DNA of 37,407 nucleotides from Burkholderiaceae bacterium (GTDB lineage Bacteria > Pseudomonadota > Gammaproteobacteria > Burkholderiales > Burkholderiaceae). The stretch lies in the NCBI GenBank assembly GCA_947461805.1, contig CANHMJ010000001.1, forward strand, positions 1-37,407, in the 5' to 3' direction. This document shows positions 24,078 to 34,176 of this stretch, in pieces (position 1 is the first letter of the stretch; each line of letters begins with the position of its first letter). The notes under the pieces are model-generated. The model did no database searches. It was not told the origin of the DNA and saw only the letters and a program-made list of their open reading frames with translations. The translations under genes were made by a program, and so were the position numbers.

Positions 24078-24164
24078 TGGTGCGAGGAGGGGGACTCGAA
24101 CCCCCACACCATTTCTGGCGTCAGGACCTAAACCTGGTGCGTCTACCAATTTCGCCATCCTCGC
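24078..24164 (-). tRNA. tRNA-Leu (UAG)
   Basis: 87-nt reverse complement GCGAGGATGGCGAAATTGGTAGACGCACCAGGTTTAGGTCCTGACGCCAGAAATGGTGTGGGGGTTCGAGTCCCCCTCCTCGCACCA; TAG anticodon, long variable arm, encoded CCA. Confidence 0.96.
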
Positions 24165-24274
24165 GAATACCGCAGACAAAACCCTGCTTAAACTTCACTC
24201 TAAAAGATGAATTCTACAATGATCAAGGGTTTAGGCTGTTTTAAAGCCGTATTTAAAGATCAGATAAGTCTGAT

Positions 24275-24805
24275 TTAGGTCCGATAAACCAATGCAACGG
24301 CATGGACTGCAATGCCCTCGCCCCGCCCGAGATGCCCTAATAATTCATTGGTTTTTGCTTTTAGATTGATTTGATTGACCGCAACCCCTAGGTCGGCCGC
24401 AATATGAGTCCGCATTTCTGGCAAAAAGCCAGCCAGTTTAGGTTGCTGACAAATGATGGTGGCATCGATGTTGCCAACGAGGTAGCCAGCCTTGGAGACG
24501 CATTCCAGAGCCCGCCGCAGCAAAATACGGCTATCCATGTTTTTAAATTGGGGATCGTTATCGGGAAAAAGCTGTCCAATGTCATTTAGGCCTGCAGCGC
24601 CCAGCAAGGCATCCGTCAATGCATGCAGCAGCGCATCGGCATCGGAATGGCCCAGCAATCCTTTTTCATAAGGGACCCTGACGCCACCCAAAATCAGTGG
24701 TCGACCCTCCACCAGTGCATGCACGTCGTAGCCTTGGCCAATCCGAAATGGCGGCCCGTTCGGTTCTATGTTGTGTCCTGAAGCCATTTCGTCCCCTGCT
24801 TTCAT
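24275..24805 (-). CDS. ispF: 2-C-methyl-D-erythritol 2,4-cyclodiphosphate synthase
   Basis: [23 protein letters not shown] and KAKTNE.LG motifs. Start could be 24805 or 24787. Confidence 0.96.
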   Translation of the reverse strand: MKAGDEMASGHNIEPNGPPFRIGQGYDVHALVEGRPLILGGVRVPYEKGLLGHSDADALLHALTDALLGAAGLNDIGQLFPDNDPQFKNMDSRILLRRALECVSKAGYLVGNIDATIICQQPKLAGFLPEMRTHIAADLGVAVNQINLKAKTNELLGHLGRGEGIAVHAVALVYRT

Positions 24806-25567
24806 CTAAAGTGAGGCATCCTGTTTACCTAATACAAGCTCCATCAGATCCCAGTCTGCTTGGTGCGTAACTTTAAAGTTGCGTGTTGAGCCCTTGATTA
24901 ATAACGGTTTTCCACCGAAGCGCTCGATTGCACTAGCCTCGTCTGTGACGGCTGCGCGATCCGATACTGCATTTTCCAGTGCGGCGTACAAGTCCGCCAG
25001 GCGAAACATTTGGGGGGTTTGCGCCTGCCAAACCGCTTCCCGCGAAATTGTGCCCTCAATCCACTGACCGTTCGCTGCAGACTGTTTTAGGGTGTCTGCC
25101 ACGGGCATAGCCAAAATACCGCCGTGCAATGGCGTTCCAGAGTCCGCATCCAGCACGCCATGAATCAAATCTTGAATGGATTCTGAGGTGATGCCTGGCC
25201 TCGCGGCATCGTGCACCAAAATCCAATCCTCACCCGGGATATCCGCATCGAGCATCGCCTTCAGGGTATTTAAGACTGTTTCTTGACGGCTTGATCCGCC
25301 GGTCGGCAGAAAGTAGTTGGGCTTGGTATTTAAAAGAGCGCTGCTGCTTTCTTGAAACGCAGCGAAATCACCGGATGCGTGCATGCTAGGGCTGACACCA
25401 ACCCAAATCGACTCAATCTCAGGCGTTGCAATTAGGACCTCGAGCGCAAATGCCAGCATGGGCTTGCCCGCCAGAATGCGAAGCTGCTTGGGCATCGCTC
25501 CACCCAAACGAGAGCCAGTACCAGCAGTTGGCAGAATGGCATGGCATGAAGAAAGAATGTCGCGCAT
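24806..25567 (-). CDS. ispD: 2-C-methyl-D-erythritol 4-phosphate cytidylyltransferase
   Basis: PTAGTGSR...PKQ, LVHDAARP, QAQTPQMF, TDEASA and NFKVT motifs. Start moved to ATG 25567 to avoid overlapping mfd. Confidence 0.93.
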   Translation of the reverse strand: MRDILSSCHAILPTAGTGSRLGGAMPKQLRILAGKPMLAFALEVLIATPEIESIWVGVSPSMHASGDFAAFQESSSALLNTKPNYFLPTGGSSRQETVLNTLKAMLDADIPGEDWILVHDAARPGITSESIQDLIHGVLDADSGTPLHGGILAMPVADTLKQSAANGQWIEGTISREAVWQAQTPQMFRLADLYAALENAVSDRAAVTDEASAIERFGGKPLLIKGSTRNFKVTHQADWDLMELVLGKQDASL

Positions 25568-25572
25568 GTCTG

Positions 25573-25582
25573 ATTCTATAAT
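25573..25582. promoter_or_regulatory. Overlapping divergent -10 elements for ispD and mfd
   Basis: ATTCTATAAT gives TATAAT on + (25577-25582) and TAGAAT on - (25578-25573) inside a 23-bp gap between two divergent ATGs. Confidence 0.55.
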
Positions 25583-25590
25583 GAGGCTAG

Positions 25591-28500
25591 ATGTCGGATG
25601 GAACAAATCAAGCGCCCCCCATACCTGCTCCGCGGGCTGGGCAGCGCTTTACCTTCTCCGGCTTAGTAGGTTCTGCTGATGCCGCCCTGATCGCTCAATC
25701 TGCCTTACGGCATCGGGCTGATTTTTCCGTAATGGTGGTGTTTTGTGCCCAAGCGCAAGAAGCGCAACGCCTCTTAGAAGAAATCCCCGCATTTGCCCCA
25801 CAATTAAAAACCCGGCTGTTGCCCGATTGGGAGATTCTTCCCTACGACCATTTTTCACCCCATCAGGATTTGGTATCCGAGCGCCTCGCCACCCTGTATG
25901 AAATGCTCGCCGGTACCTGTGACATTGTTTTGGTGCCAGTCACTACTGCACTGCAACGGCTCGGCCCACCGGAATTCTTATCTGGCCACACCTTTTTCTT
26001 TCGGCAAGGCGATCGCCTAAATGAAAGCGCGCTGCGCTTGCAGTTGCAGCAAGCGGGCTACGACCCGGTCAGCGCAGTAATGCGGCCTGGAGAATACAGT
26101 GTGCGCGGCGGCCTGATTGATTTATTCCCAATGGGATCGGCATTGCCTTATCGATTGGATTTGTTTGGCGATGAAATTGAGCAAGTGCGCGCCTTTGATC
26201 CCGATACGCAACGCAGCTTGTATCCCGTTAAAGAAATTCGCTTATTGCCAGGCCATGAGTTCCCATTTGACGATGCAGCGCGCACCGCGTTTCGGAGTCG
26301 CTGGCGTGAAGTATTTGAGGGTGACCCAACGCGTTGCTCAATATATAAAGATGCTAACTTAGGTATTCCGAGTGCGGGTATTGAATCCTATTTACCCCTC
26401 TTTTTTGACGAGTCTGCCACCCTATTTGATTACTTCCCTCGCTCGGGTGATCCGGTTTGGTTAGTTACCGTTGGCGATGCAGAAGAGACGGTACGTAGCT
26501 TTTGGAAAGATACGGAGCAACGGTATGCCTTCCTCAAGCACGATTTAGATCGCCCGATACTGCCGCCCAAAGCACTCTTCTTAGATGTTGATCAATTTTT
26601 TAGTCTTTCAAAAAGTAATGCCCGCCTCGTACTGAATCGCGATGGCATTGTTTCGCACGCCGAAGCGAATGAGCCGCCCCAGTTTTTATCGGTGCCCGAC
26701 GTTGGCATTCACCGGCGTGACCATGATCCGATTGGGCGACTCCGTCAACAGGTTGCGCATGCCCATCGCCGCATTGTGATTTGTTGTGATAGTGCGGGTC
26801 GCCGTGAATCGATTCGCGCACTTTTTGAAGAGAGCAATTCGGTAACGGGAGACGGGGGCAGCAGCCTGTACCCGCTTAATCCAGTGCTTCTGGATGACTT
26901 GGCTACGTTTGTTAAAGGTACTGCGCCCTTCGCCTTAGTTGTCTCCCCACTCTTAAATGGCTTTGATTGGCTAAGTCAGGGCCTCCTTTTCATTACAGAG
27001 GCGGAGCTTTTTACCTTAACTACGCGTCAGCGCCGCAAAGACAGCAGCAAAGAAGCAAGCGATCCCGACATGCTCTTCAAGGATTTGGCCGAGCTTAAGA
27101 TCGGCGATCCGGTAGTGCATGTGGAACATGGCATTGGTCGCTACCAAGGCTTGGTTTTGCTCAACCTAGCGCCACCCAAAGAAGCCCCCATTTTTGAAGA
27201 ATTCTTGCATTTGATTTATGCCAATCAAGCTACCTTATACGTGCCAGTGCATCAGCTGCAATTGGTTACCCGCTATGCCGGCGCAGATCCTGATTCAGCA
27301 CCCTTACATCAATTAGGCTCCGGCCAGTGGGATAAAGCCAAACGCAAGGCCGCTCAGCAAATTCGCGATACTGCCGCTGAGTTATTGAGTCTGTATGCCG
27401 CCCGAGCAATACGCCAAGGGCATGCATTTGAATATTCCGCGCACGATTACGCTGCCTTTGCCGAAAGTTTTGGCTTCGAAGAAACGCCGGATCAAGCCAA
27501 TGCCATTACCGCGGTAATTGGAGATATGACGAGTGGCACGCCAATGGATCGCCTCGTCTGCGGTGATGTGGGGTTTGGTAAAACCGAGGTTGCTTTGCGC
27601 GCCAGTTTTATTGCAGTCATGGGTGGCAAGCAGGTGGCGATACTGGCGCCAACTACCCTACTTGCCGAACAGCATGTGGCCACTTGGAAAGACCGCTTTG
27701 CTGACTGGCCAGTGCGGATTGTGGAACTCTCTCGCTTTAGAACCAGCAAGGAAATTAATGCCTCACTCGAGGCGATCGCCAATGGTGAGGCCGATATCGT
27801 CATCGGTACCCATAAATTGCTTTCGAAAGAAACCCAATTTGCGCGTCTTGGTCTCGTTATCGTCGATGAGGAGCATCGCTTTGGCGTACGTCAAAAGGAT
27901 GCCCTGAAAGCATTACGAGCTGAAGTCGATATTTTGACGCTCACCGCCACGCCGATTCCAAGAACATTAGGCATGGCCATGGAAGGATTGCGGGAGTTTT
28001 CGGTGATTGCAACCGCACCGCAAAAACGTCTGGCAATCAAGACCTTTGTACGGCGCGAAGGCGATGGCGTTGTGCGCGAAGCAGTACTACGCGAAATTAA
28101 ACGTGGTGGGCAAGTCTACTTTTTACACAATGAAGTGGAAACGATCGAGAATCGTCGGCATGCCTTGCAAACTCTAATCCCCGAGGCGCGCATTAGCGTT
28201 GCGCATGGGCAAATGCATGAGCGCGAACTCGAATCCGTCATGCGGGAGTTTGTAACGCAACGCAGTAATATTTTGCTCTGCACCACCATCATTGAAACCG
28301 GCATTGATGTGCCGACAGCAAACACCATCATCATGCACCGCGCCGATAAATTTGGCTTGGCACAGCTGCATCAGTTGCGTGGCCGGGTTGGCCGATCGCA
28401 CCACCAAGCTTATGCGTATTTATTAGTGCCTGATCCAGAGGCTTTAAGTAAGCAAGCCAAAATGCGGCTGGACGCCATTCAGGCAATGGAAGAATTGGGC

Positions 28501-29145
28501 TCCGGCTTTTACTTAGCAATGCATGATTTAGAAATTCGGGGTGCAGGTGAAGTGCTGGGCGATAAACAATCGGGCGATATTCATGAAATTGGATTTCAGC
28601 TCTACACCGAGATGCTCAATCGCGCAGTTAAATCCCTGCGTAGCGGAAAAGAGCCCGATTTGTTAGCGCCACTGCAGGTCACGACCGATGTCAATTTAGG
28701 CGTTCCAGCGCTGCTGCCAGAAGATTATTGCCCCGACGTACATGAACGCCTTTCGCTTTACAAACGCTTTGCAGGAACCCACGATTTTTCTGAGCTAATG
28801 GGTTTGCGTGAGGAGCTGGTCGATCGCTTTGGGGATTTGCCAGATCCCGCAAAGTCTTTTTACGAGACCCACCGCCTGCGCCTGGAGATGAGTGGTTTTG
28901 GTATCAAGAAAATTGATGCCGGGCCAACCGCCATTCAGCTTACCTTTATTCCGAACCCGCCGATTGATCCGCTACGCATTATTCAATTAGTGCAATCCAA
29001 TAAACAGGTTTTACTCAACGGCCAAGATCGACTCAAGGTATTACCTCAAAAAGTCGGTGACTTTGATAAATTAGAACAGCGCTTAGATCAAATACGTCGA
29101 CTGTTAAAGCACCTGAGCGCATCGCCCACATTGGCGAGCGCATAA
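25591..29145 (+). CDS. mfd: Transcription-repair coupling factor
   Basis: UvrB-homology region, RID (VVHVEHGIGRY), helicase motifs GDVGFGKT, DEEH, TATPIPR and QLRGRVGR, and TRG motif DLEIRGAG; 1184 aa. Confidence 0.98.
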   Translation: MSDGTNQAPPIPAPRAGQRFTFSGLVGSADAALIAQSALRHRADFSVMVVFCAQAQEAQRLLEEIPAFAPQLKTRLLPDWEILPYDHFSPHQDLVSERLATLYEMLAGTCDIVLVPVTTALQRLGPPEFLSGHTFFFRQGDRLNESALRLQLQQAGYDPVSAVMRPGEYSVRGGLIDLFPMGSALPYRLDLFGDEIEQVRAFDPDTQRSLYPVKEIRLLPGHEFPFDDAARTAFRSRWREVFEGDPTRCSIYKDANLGIPSAGIESYLPLFFDESATLFDYFPRSGDPVWLVTVGDAEETVRSFWKDTEQRYAFLKHDLDRPILPPKALFLDVDQFFSLSKSNARLVLNRDGIVSHAEANEPPQFLSVPDVGIHRRDHDPIGRLRQQVAHAHRRIVICCDSAGRRESIRALFEESNSVTGDGGSSLYPLNPVLLDDLATFVKGTAPFALVVSPLLNGFDWLSQGLLFITEAELFTLTTRQRRKDSSKEASDPDMLFKDLAELKIGDPVVHVEHGIGRYQGLVLLNLAPPKEAPIFEEFLHLIYANQATLYVPVHQLQLVTRYAGADPDSAPLHQLGSGQWDKAKRKAAQQIRDTAAELLSLYAARAIRQGHAFEYSAHDYAAFAESFGFEETPDQANAITAVIGDMTSGTPMDRLVCGDVGFGKTEVALRASFIAVMGGKQVAILAPTTLLAEQHVATWKDRFADWPVRIVELSRFRTSKEINASLEAIANGEADIVIGTHKLLSKETQFARLGLVIVDEEHRFGVRQKDALKALRAEVDILTLTATPIPRTLGMAMEGLREFSVIATAPQKRLAIKTFVRREGDGVVREAVLREIKRGGQVYFLHNEVETIENRRHALQTLIPEARISVAHGQMHERELESVMREFVTQRSNILLCTTIIETGIDVPTANTIIMHRADKFGLAQLHQLRGRVGRSHHQAYAYLLVPDPEALSKQAKMRLDAIQAMEELGSGFYLAMHDLEIRGAGEVLGDKQSGDIHEIGFQLYTEMLNRAVKSLRSGKEPDLLAPLQVTTDVNLGVPALLPEDYCPDVHERLSLYKRFAGTHDFSELMGLREELVDRFGDLPDPAKSFYETHRLRLEMSGFGIKKIDAGPTAIQLTFIPNPPIDPLRIIQLVQSNKQVLLNGQDRLKVLPQKVGDFDKLEQRLDQIRRLLKHLSASPTLASA

Positions 29146-29220
29146 ACCAGTAGATACCCTATTCAATCCATCCTTTTCTGAATCAAAATTCGCTTACTAT
29201 GGCCTTATGAGAAACCCACT

Positions 29221-30120
29221 ATGAGCCTTGGCCAAATTATTGTTGTGCTGTCCACTGCCCCGATCGATCGTGGCCTATCGAACACCTTGGGCAATCTGGC
29301 AACCAATTTAGGCCTATCGCTTAAGCCCTTTGACAACCAGGGCTGTATCTTAGTGTGCAATACGCACGCCCAGCGCTGGCAGGTATCGCGCGAGCTTGCT
29401 CCAACCGAGCGTGAGGCCTTTCGTAAACTGGCCTCTAGCCTCAGTCTTGATCTGGCTTTTTTAGCGCCCTCCTTTAAGCCTGCTCGCTTACGAATTTTGG
29501 CGATGGATATGGATTCCACCTTAATCAATATTGAGTGCATTGATGAGATTGCCGATTTTGCAGGTAAGAAGGCGGAAGTGGCGGCGATTACGGAGGCAAC
29601 GATGCGCGGCGAAATAGCCAACTTTAGTGAAAGCTTGCGCCGCCGTGTTGCATTACTTCAAGGCGTTTCAGAATCTGTGCTGGAGGCAGTCTATCGTGAA
29701 CGCCTAATACCCAATCCAGGCGCTACCCAGTTACTGACTGCTGCCAATGCAGCCGGATTACATACCCTGCTGGTTTCGGGTGGCTTCACTTTTTTTACGC
29801 AGCGCATGCAGCGTGATCTTGGCTTTACAGAAGCCCACGCCAATACCTTAGAAATTCAAGATGGAAAGCTAACCGGCTTGGTATTAGGGGATATTGTCGA
29901 TGCGACTGGCAAGAATACGCATGTTAAGAATGCTTGCAAGACCTTGGGGTGTAAAAAAACTGCAGCCATTACCATCGGCGATGGCGCTAATGATTTATTG
30001 ATGATGGACGGATCGGGCCTGAGCATTGCTTACCGCGCTAAGCCCGTCGTCAAAGAAAAAGCCGACGCGGCATTTGACCGAGTCGGCTTAGATGCCGCAT
30101 TGGCGTTAATAGCCCAATAA
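29221..30120 (+). CDS. serB: Phosphoserine phosphatase
   Basis: HAD motif DMDSTLI, ECIDEIAD, ITEATMRGE...SLRRRV, VSGGF and GDGANDL. Confidence 0.95.
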   Translation: MSLGQIIVVLSTAPIDRGLSNTLGNLATNLGLSLKPFDNQGCILVCNTHAQRWQVSRELAPTEREAFRKLASSLSLDLAFLAPSFKPARLRILAMDMDSTLINIECIDEIADFAGKKAEVAAITEATMRGEIANFSESLRRRVALLQGVSESVLEAVYRERLIPNPGATQLLTAANAAGLHTLLVSGGFTFFTQRMQRDLGFTEAHANTLEIQDGKLTGLVLGDIVDATGKNTHVKNACKTLGCKKTAAITIGDGANDLLMMDGSGLSIAYRAKPVVKEKADAAFDRVGLDAALALIAQ

Positions 30121-30144
30121 GTTTACTGAATCGCTTCGCGCAAC

Positions 30145-31329
30145 TTACAGGCGCTCAAACACAACCGCAATTCCTTGGCCGCCACCAATGCACATAGTGG
30201 CTAAGGCGTACTTGCCATTCACCCTCTGCAGTTCATGAATTGCTTTGGTTGCAATGGCAGCGCCCGAGCAGCCAATCGGATGACCAAGTGCAATTGCACC
30301 GCCATTCACATTGGTCTTGGCGGGATCTAATCCTAGACCTTTTGTAACCGCCAAAGCCTGGGCAGCAAAGGCCTCATTGGATTCAATCACATCGATTTGA
30401 TCCAACTTTAAACCGGCGCGCGTTAACGCAATTTTGGATGCGGGAATCGGTCCCTCGCCCATGATGTGATTGGGAACACCGGCCACGGCGTAGGACACCA
30501 AACGGGCAATCGGCTTTTGGCCGGCTTTAGCAGCGGCATCGGCAGCAGCCAACACAAAAAATGCTGCGCCATCATTAATCCCAGATGCATTACCTGCAGT
30601 AACGGTGCCGCCCTCTTTTTTGAAAACTGCCTTCATCTTACCGAGCGTTTCCATGGTGGTATCCGGCTTGCAATGCTCATCGGTATCAAATACCACATCG
30701 CCTTTGCGTGACTTGATGGTGATGGGAACAATTTGCGACTTGAAGCGGCCTTCTTTAATCGCTACGCTAGCCCTGCGGTGCGACTCTACCGCAAATGCAT
30801 CCTGTTCTTCACGGGTCAATTTCCATTTTTCAGCGAGATTTTCAGCAGTGACGCCCATGTGTCCGACGCCAAATGGATCAGTTAAGACCGCAACCATCAG
30901 GTCAATCATTTTGGTATCGCCCATGCGCGCGCCACTACGCATCGCAGGAGAGCCATACATACCGCGGGACATCACTTCAACGCCGCCGCCAACGCCGTAA
31001 TCGCAATCGTTGAGCATGATGGCCTGTGATGTGGTGACGATCGCCTGCAAGCCAGAGCTGCAAAGGCGGTTTAAGGACATCGCTACCGACTCCATCGGTA
31101 AGCCTGCCTGAATGGACGCAACGCGTGCAACGTAGGCATAACGGCTGTCGGTTGGGATGGTATTGCCAACCGTAACATAATTAACGTCTTGGGGGTTCAC
31201 GCCGGATCGCGCAACTGCTTCTTTCATGACGATGCCGCCGAGCTCGGATGGCTCCATGCTACTGAGGCTGCCATTAAAGGCGCCAATGGCAGAACGCACC
31301 GCACTTAATACAACGACTTCACGACTCAT
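30145..31329 (-). CDS. bktB: Beta-ketothiolase, BktB-like
   Basis: Thiolase motifs NRLCSSG, NEAFA, GHPIG and CIGGGQG. The N-terminus MSREVVV and GARMGD...DPF..HMGVTAEN resemble Cupriavidus BktB, and it follows rimO as bktB does there. Confidence 0.8.
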   Translation of the reverse strand: MSREVVVLSAVRSAIGAFNGSLSSMEPSELGGIVMKEAVARSGVNPQDVNYVTVGNTIPTDSRYAYVARVASIQAGLPMESVAMSLNRLCSSGLQAIVTTSQAIMLNDCDYGVGGGVEVMSRGMYGSPAMRSGARMGDTKMIDLMVAVLTDPFGVGHMGVTAENLAEKWKLTREEQDAFAVESHRRASVAIKEGRFKSQIVPITIKSRKGDVVFDTDEHCKPDTTMETLGKMKAVFKKEGGTVTAGNASGINDGAAFFVLAAADAAAKAGQKPIARLVSYAVAGVPNHIMGEGPIPASKIALTRAGLKLDQIDVIESNEAFAAQALAVTKGLGLDPAKTNVNGGAIALGHPIGCSGAAIATKAIHELQRVNGKYALATMCIGGGQGIAVVFERL

Positions 31330-31399
31330 AGTAATCCCCTTAAGTTAACAATTTCTTTTGAAAAGCCTTCACTCTCCAACGCTATTTTTACCCGATTGC

Positions 31400-32758
31400 C
31401 TACAATTGAGCAATCAGGTCGTGCCCCTGCGTATCTACAATCGTTCCACGCACAAAATCACCCACCCGATAGCGCTTGGATGGTTTACTCACCGGCAAAA
31501 TCCGCACGATTCCATCAATTTCTGGAGCATCACCCGCGGTACGGCCTATTCCGCCAGCCTCGCTAACATGATCCACCAAAATTGGCATGCGTTGGCCTAC
31601 CCGACTTTTGAGTCGATTAACTGAAATTACTTCAGCTTTTGCCATGAAGCGGGCTTGACGCTCTTCGCGAATTGATTGATCCAGTGCACCCGCAAGTGCA
31701 TTGGCTGTGGCACCCGCTACGGGCGAATACGCAAAGCAGCCAGCCCGATCAATTTGCGCTTGATCTAAAAAATCCAATAGGTAACTAAATTCATCTTCGG
31801 TTTCTCCCGGGAATCCAGCAATGAAGGTGCTGCGAATCACGAGCTCAGGGCAGATAGCGCGCCACGCCTCAATGCGATCTAAATTGCGTTCGCCACTGGC
31901 AGGACGCTTCATGCGTTTGAGCACATCGGGATGCGCATGTTGCAATGGAATATCAAGGTAGGGCAAAAGGCCAAACCCATGCTCTTTAAACTCAGCCATG
32001 ATGGGCACTACATCATCGACGTGTGGGTAGGGGTACACATAATGCAGGCGCACCCACGCTTGATGTTCGCGCGCAATCTGATTGAGGGCGCTGACTAAAT
32101 CGAGCATCTTGGTTTTGAGTGGCTTGCCATCCCAAAAACCGGTGCGGTATTGCATATCAACGCCATAAGCGCTGGTGTCTTGTGATACAACCAGTAATTC
32201 CTTTACGCCAGATTCAAACAGGCGCTTTGCCTCCATCAGGACTTCGCTGATTGGCCGAGAGACTAAATCACCACGCATGCTGGGAATGATGCAAAACGTG
32301 CAGCGATGGTTGCAGCCTTCGGATATTTTTAAATAGGCGTAATGTTTTGGCGTTAGCTTCACGCCGATGGGTGGCAGTAAATCGATAAACGGGTCGTGCG
32401 GCTTAGGTAAATGCAAATGAATTGCCTGCATCACTTCAGCGGTGGCGTGGGGACCGGTCACTGCCAGTACTTTTGGATGGATGCTTTTAATTAAATCAGA
32501 GCCGTCGTCATTTTTGCGCGCGCCAAGACAGCCCGTCACAATCACTTTGCCGTTTTCAGACAAGGCCTCACCAATCGCTGCAAGCGATTCTTCGACGGCA
32601 GAATCAATAAAGCCACAGGTATTGACTACGACTAGATCGGCACCCGAATAGTCTTTAGCAGTCTCATACCCCTCCGCACTCAATTGCGTGAGGATGAGCT
32701 CTGAGTCAACCAGCGCCTTAGGGCAGCCTAAGGAAACAAAACCAACCTTGCCCGCCAC
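31400..32758 (-). CDS. rimO: Ribosomal protein S12 methylthiotransferase
   Basis: [19 protein letters not shown], radical-SAM CNHRCTFC and TRAM-domain DAPEIDG; GTG start. Confidence 0.97.
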   Translation of the reverse strand: MAGKVGFVSLGCPKALVDSELILTQLSAEGYETAKDYSGADLVVVNTCGFIDSAVEESLAAIGEALSENGKVIVTGCLGARKNDDGSDLIKSIHPKVLAVTGPHATAEVMQAIHLHLPKPHDPFIDLLPPIGVKLTPKHYAYLKISEGCNHRCTFCIIPSMRGDLVSRPISEVLMEAKRLFESGVKELLVVSQDTSAYGVDMQYRTGFWDGKPLKTKMLDLVSALNQIAREHQAWVRLHYVYPYPHVDDVVPIMAEFKEHGFGLLPYLDIPLQHAHPDVLKRMKRPASGERNLDRIEAWRAICPELVIRSTFIAGFPGETEDEFSYLLDFLDQAQIDRAGCFAYSPVAGATANALAGALDQSIREERQARFMAKAEVISVNRLKSRVGQRMPILVDHVSEAGGIGRTAGDAPEIDGIVRILPVSKPSKRYRVGDFVRGTIVDTQGHDLIAQL

Positions 32759-32760
32759 AA

Positions 32761-33315
32761 CTAATTGTTTTCTTTTTTAGGCGTGGGCGGCGTAAAAGGA
32801 AATCCCTTAAACAAATGTTGCGAGCCTTGCATTTGCTCTTGCATCTTCATAAACAGATCTTTACTCTGCTCCATGTAATTGCCCATCAAGCCCTGCATCA
32901 TCGGATTCTGCATATTCATGGCTTGCGCCCACGCATCTGTACCGCCGGTAACGCCTTTGGATTGATCGCTTAATGTGCCATGGATATCAACAAAGGACTG
33001 CATGGTTTTTTCCAAGTAGTTGCCCATCAGGCCTTGCATGGAATTGCCATAAAAACGAATAATCTGCGATAGCATTTGCGAAGAAAAGACCGGCGAGCCA
33101 CAGGCCTCTTCTTCCAAGATAATTTGCATCAAAATATTGCGCGTAAGATCGTCTTCGTTTTTGGCATCCACGACCTTAAATGCCTCATTCGCCATCACCA
33201 AGCCCTTGATGTCAACTAAGGTCACATACGTACTGGTTTGCGTGTCGTAAAGGCGGCGATTAGGGTACTTCTTAATCAGCCGCTCTTCACCCGCTCGTTT
33301 TGTTCTGGTTGCCAT
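32761..33315 (-). CDS. phaR: Polyhydroxyalkanoate synthesis repressor
   Basis: [14 protein letters not shown]...YVTL, DLTR.IL.QIILEEE and QIIRFYG motifs. Start moved to ATG 33315, which has GGAGG and GGGGA upstream. Confidence 0.95.
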   Translation of the reverse strand: MATRTKRAGEERLIKKYPNRRLYDTQTSTYVTLVDIKGLVMANEAFKVVDAKNEDDLTRNILMQIILEEEACGSPVFSSQMLSQIIRFYGNSMQGLMGNYLEKTMQSFVDIHGTLSDQSKGVTGGTDAWAQAMNMQNPMMQGLMGNYMEQSKDLFMKMQEQMQGSQHLFKGFPFTPPTPKKENN

Positions 33316-33369
33316 ATCCCCAATCCTCCGCACTACATAAATGCCATAACTGACAGTTTAGCTTCGGAA

Positions 33370-34110
33370 TTATCCTGTATGGATGCCGCCGTTGAGCGAA
33401 AAATCGGCCCCAGTAGCAAATGCAGCGTCATCTGAGGCGATGTAGGCACACATGGAGGCGATTTCATCGGGGGTACCCAGCCGTTTTACCGGAATGGCAG
33501 AAACAATCTTTTCGAGCACATCGGGCCGTATTGCCTTCACCATATCCGTTGCAATGTAGCCGGGGGAGACCGTATTAATCGTAACTCCTTTACCAGCCAC
33601 TTCTTGCGCTAGAGCCATCGTAAAACCATGTAAGCCGGCCTTTGCCGTGGAATAGTTGGTTTGCCCAAACTGCCCTTTTTGGCCATTGACTGAGGAAATA
33701 TTAATGACCCGACCCCAGTTATTGTCAATCATGCCTTCGATGACCTGCTTCGTGACATTGAACAAGGAATTGAGGTTGGTATCGATTACCGCCTTCCAAT
33801 CCTCTGGCGTCATCTTACGAAAGACGCTGTCTCGCGTAATGCCTGCATTGTTGACCAGAATATCGACGCGGCCTACTTCGGCCTTTACTTTTTCAAATGC
33901 AGCTACAGTCGATGTCCAGTCAGATACATTGCCTTCGGAGGCAATAAAGTTGTAACCCAATTCTTTTTGCTCGCCGAGCCAACGATCGCGGCGCGGTGAA
34001 TTCGGTCCACAACCGGCAATGACCAAATGCCCTTTTTTAGAGAGCCGCTGGCAAATCGCGGTACCAATTCCACCCATACCACCCGTTACATAAGCAATTC
34101 GTTGCGACAT
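33370..34110 (-). CDS. phaB: Acetoacetyl-CoA reductase
   Basis: SDR motifs TGGMGGIG, NNAGITRD, SSVNGQKGQFGQTNYSTAK; 246 aa; between phaC and phaR. Confidence 0.96.
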   Translation of the reverse strand: MSQRIAYVTGGMGGIGTAICQRLSKKGHLVIAGCGPNSPRRDRWLGEQKELGYNFIASEGNVSDWTSTVAAFEKVKAEVGRVDILVNNAGITRDSVFRKMTPEDWKAVIDTNLNSLFNVTKQVIEGMIDNNWGRVINISSVNGQKGQFGQTNYSTAKAGLHGFTMALAQEVAGKGVTINTVSPGYIATDMVKAIRPDVLEKIVSAIPVKRLGTPDEIASMCAYIASDDAAFATGADFSLNGGIHTG

Positions 34111-34176
34111 CGTATTACCCTCTTTTCTCTATGTGTGTTGCGTCTTTAAGGTGTTGCATTCATTAATAAAAATTTC

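Noticed and set aside
31400-32758. rimO inside the PHA cluster as a new functional link
   Set aside because: rimO lies between phaR and bktB in related Burkholderiaceae as I recall, so this is inherited gene order.
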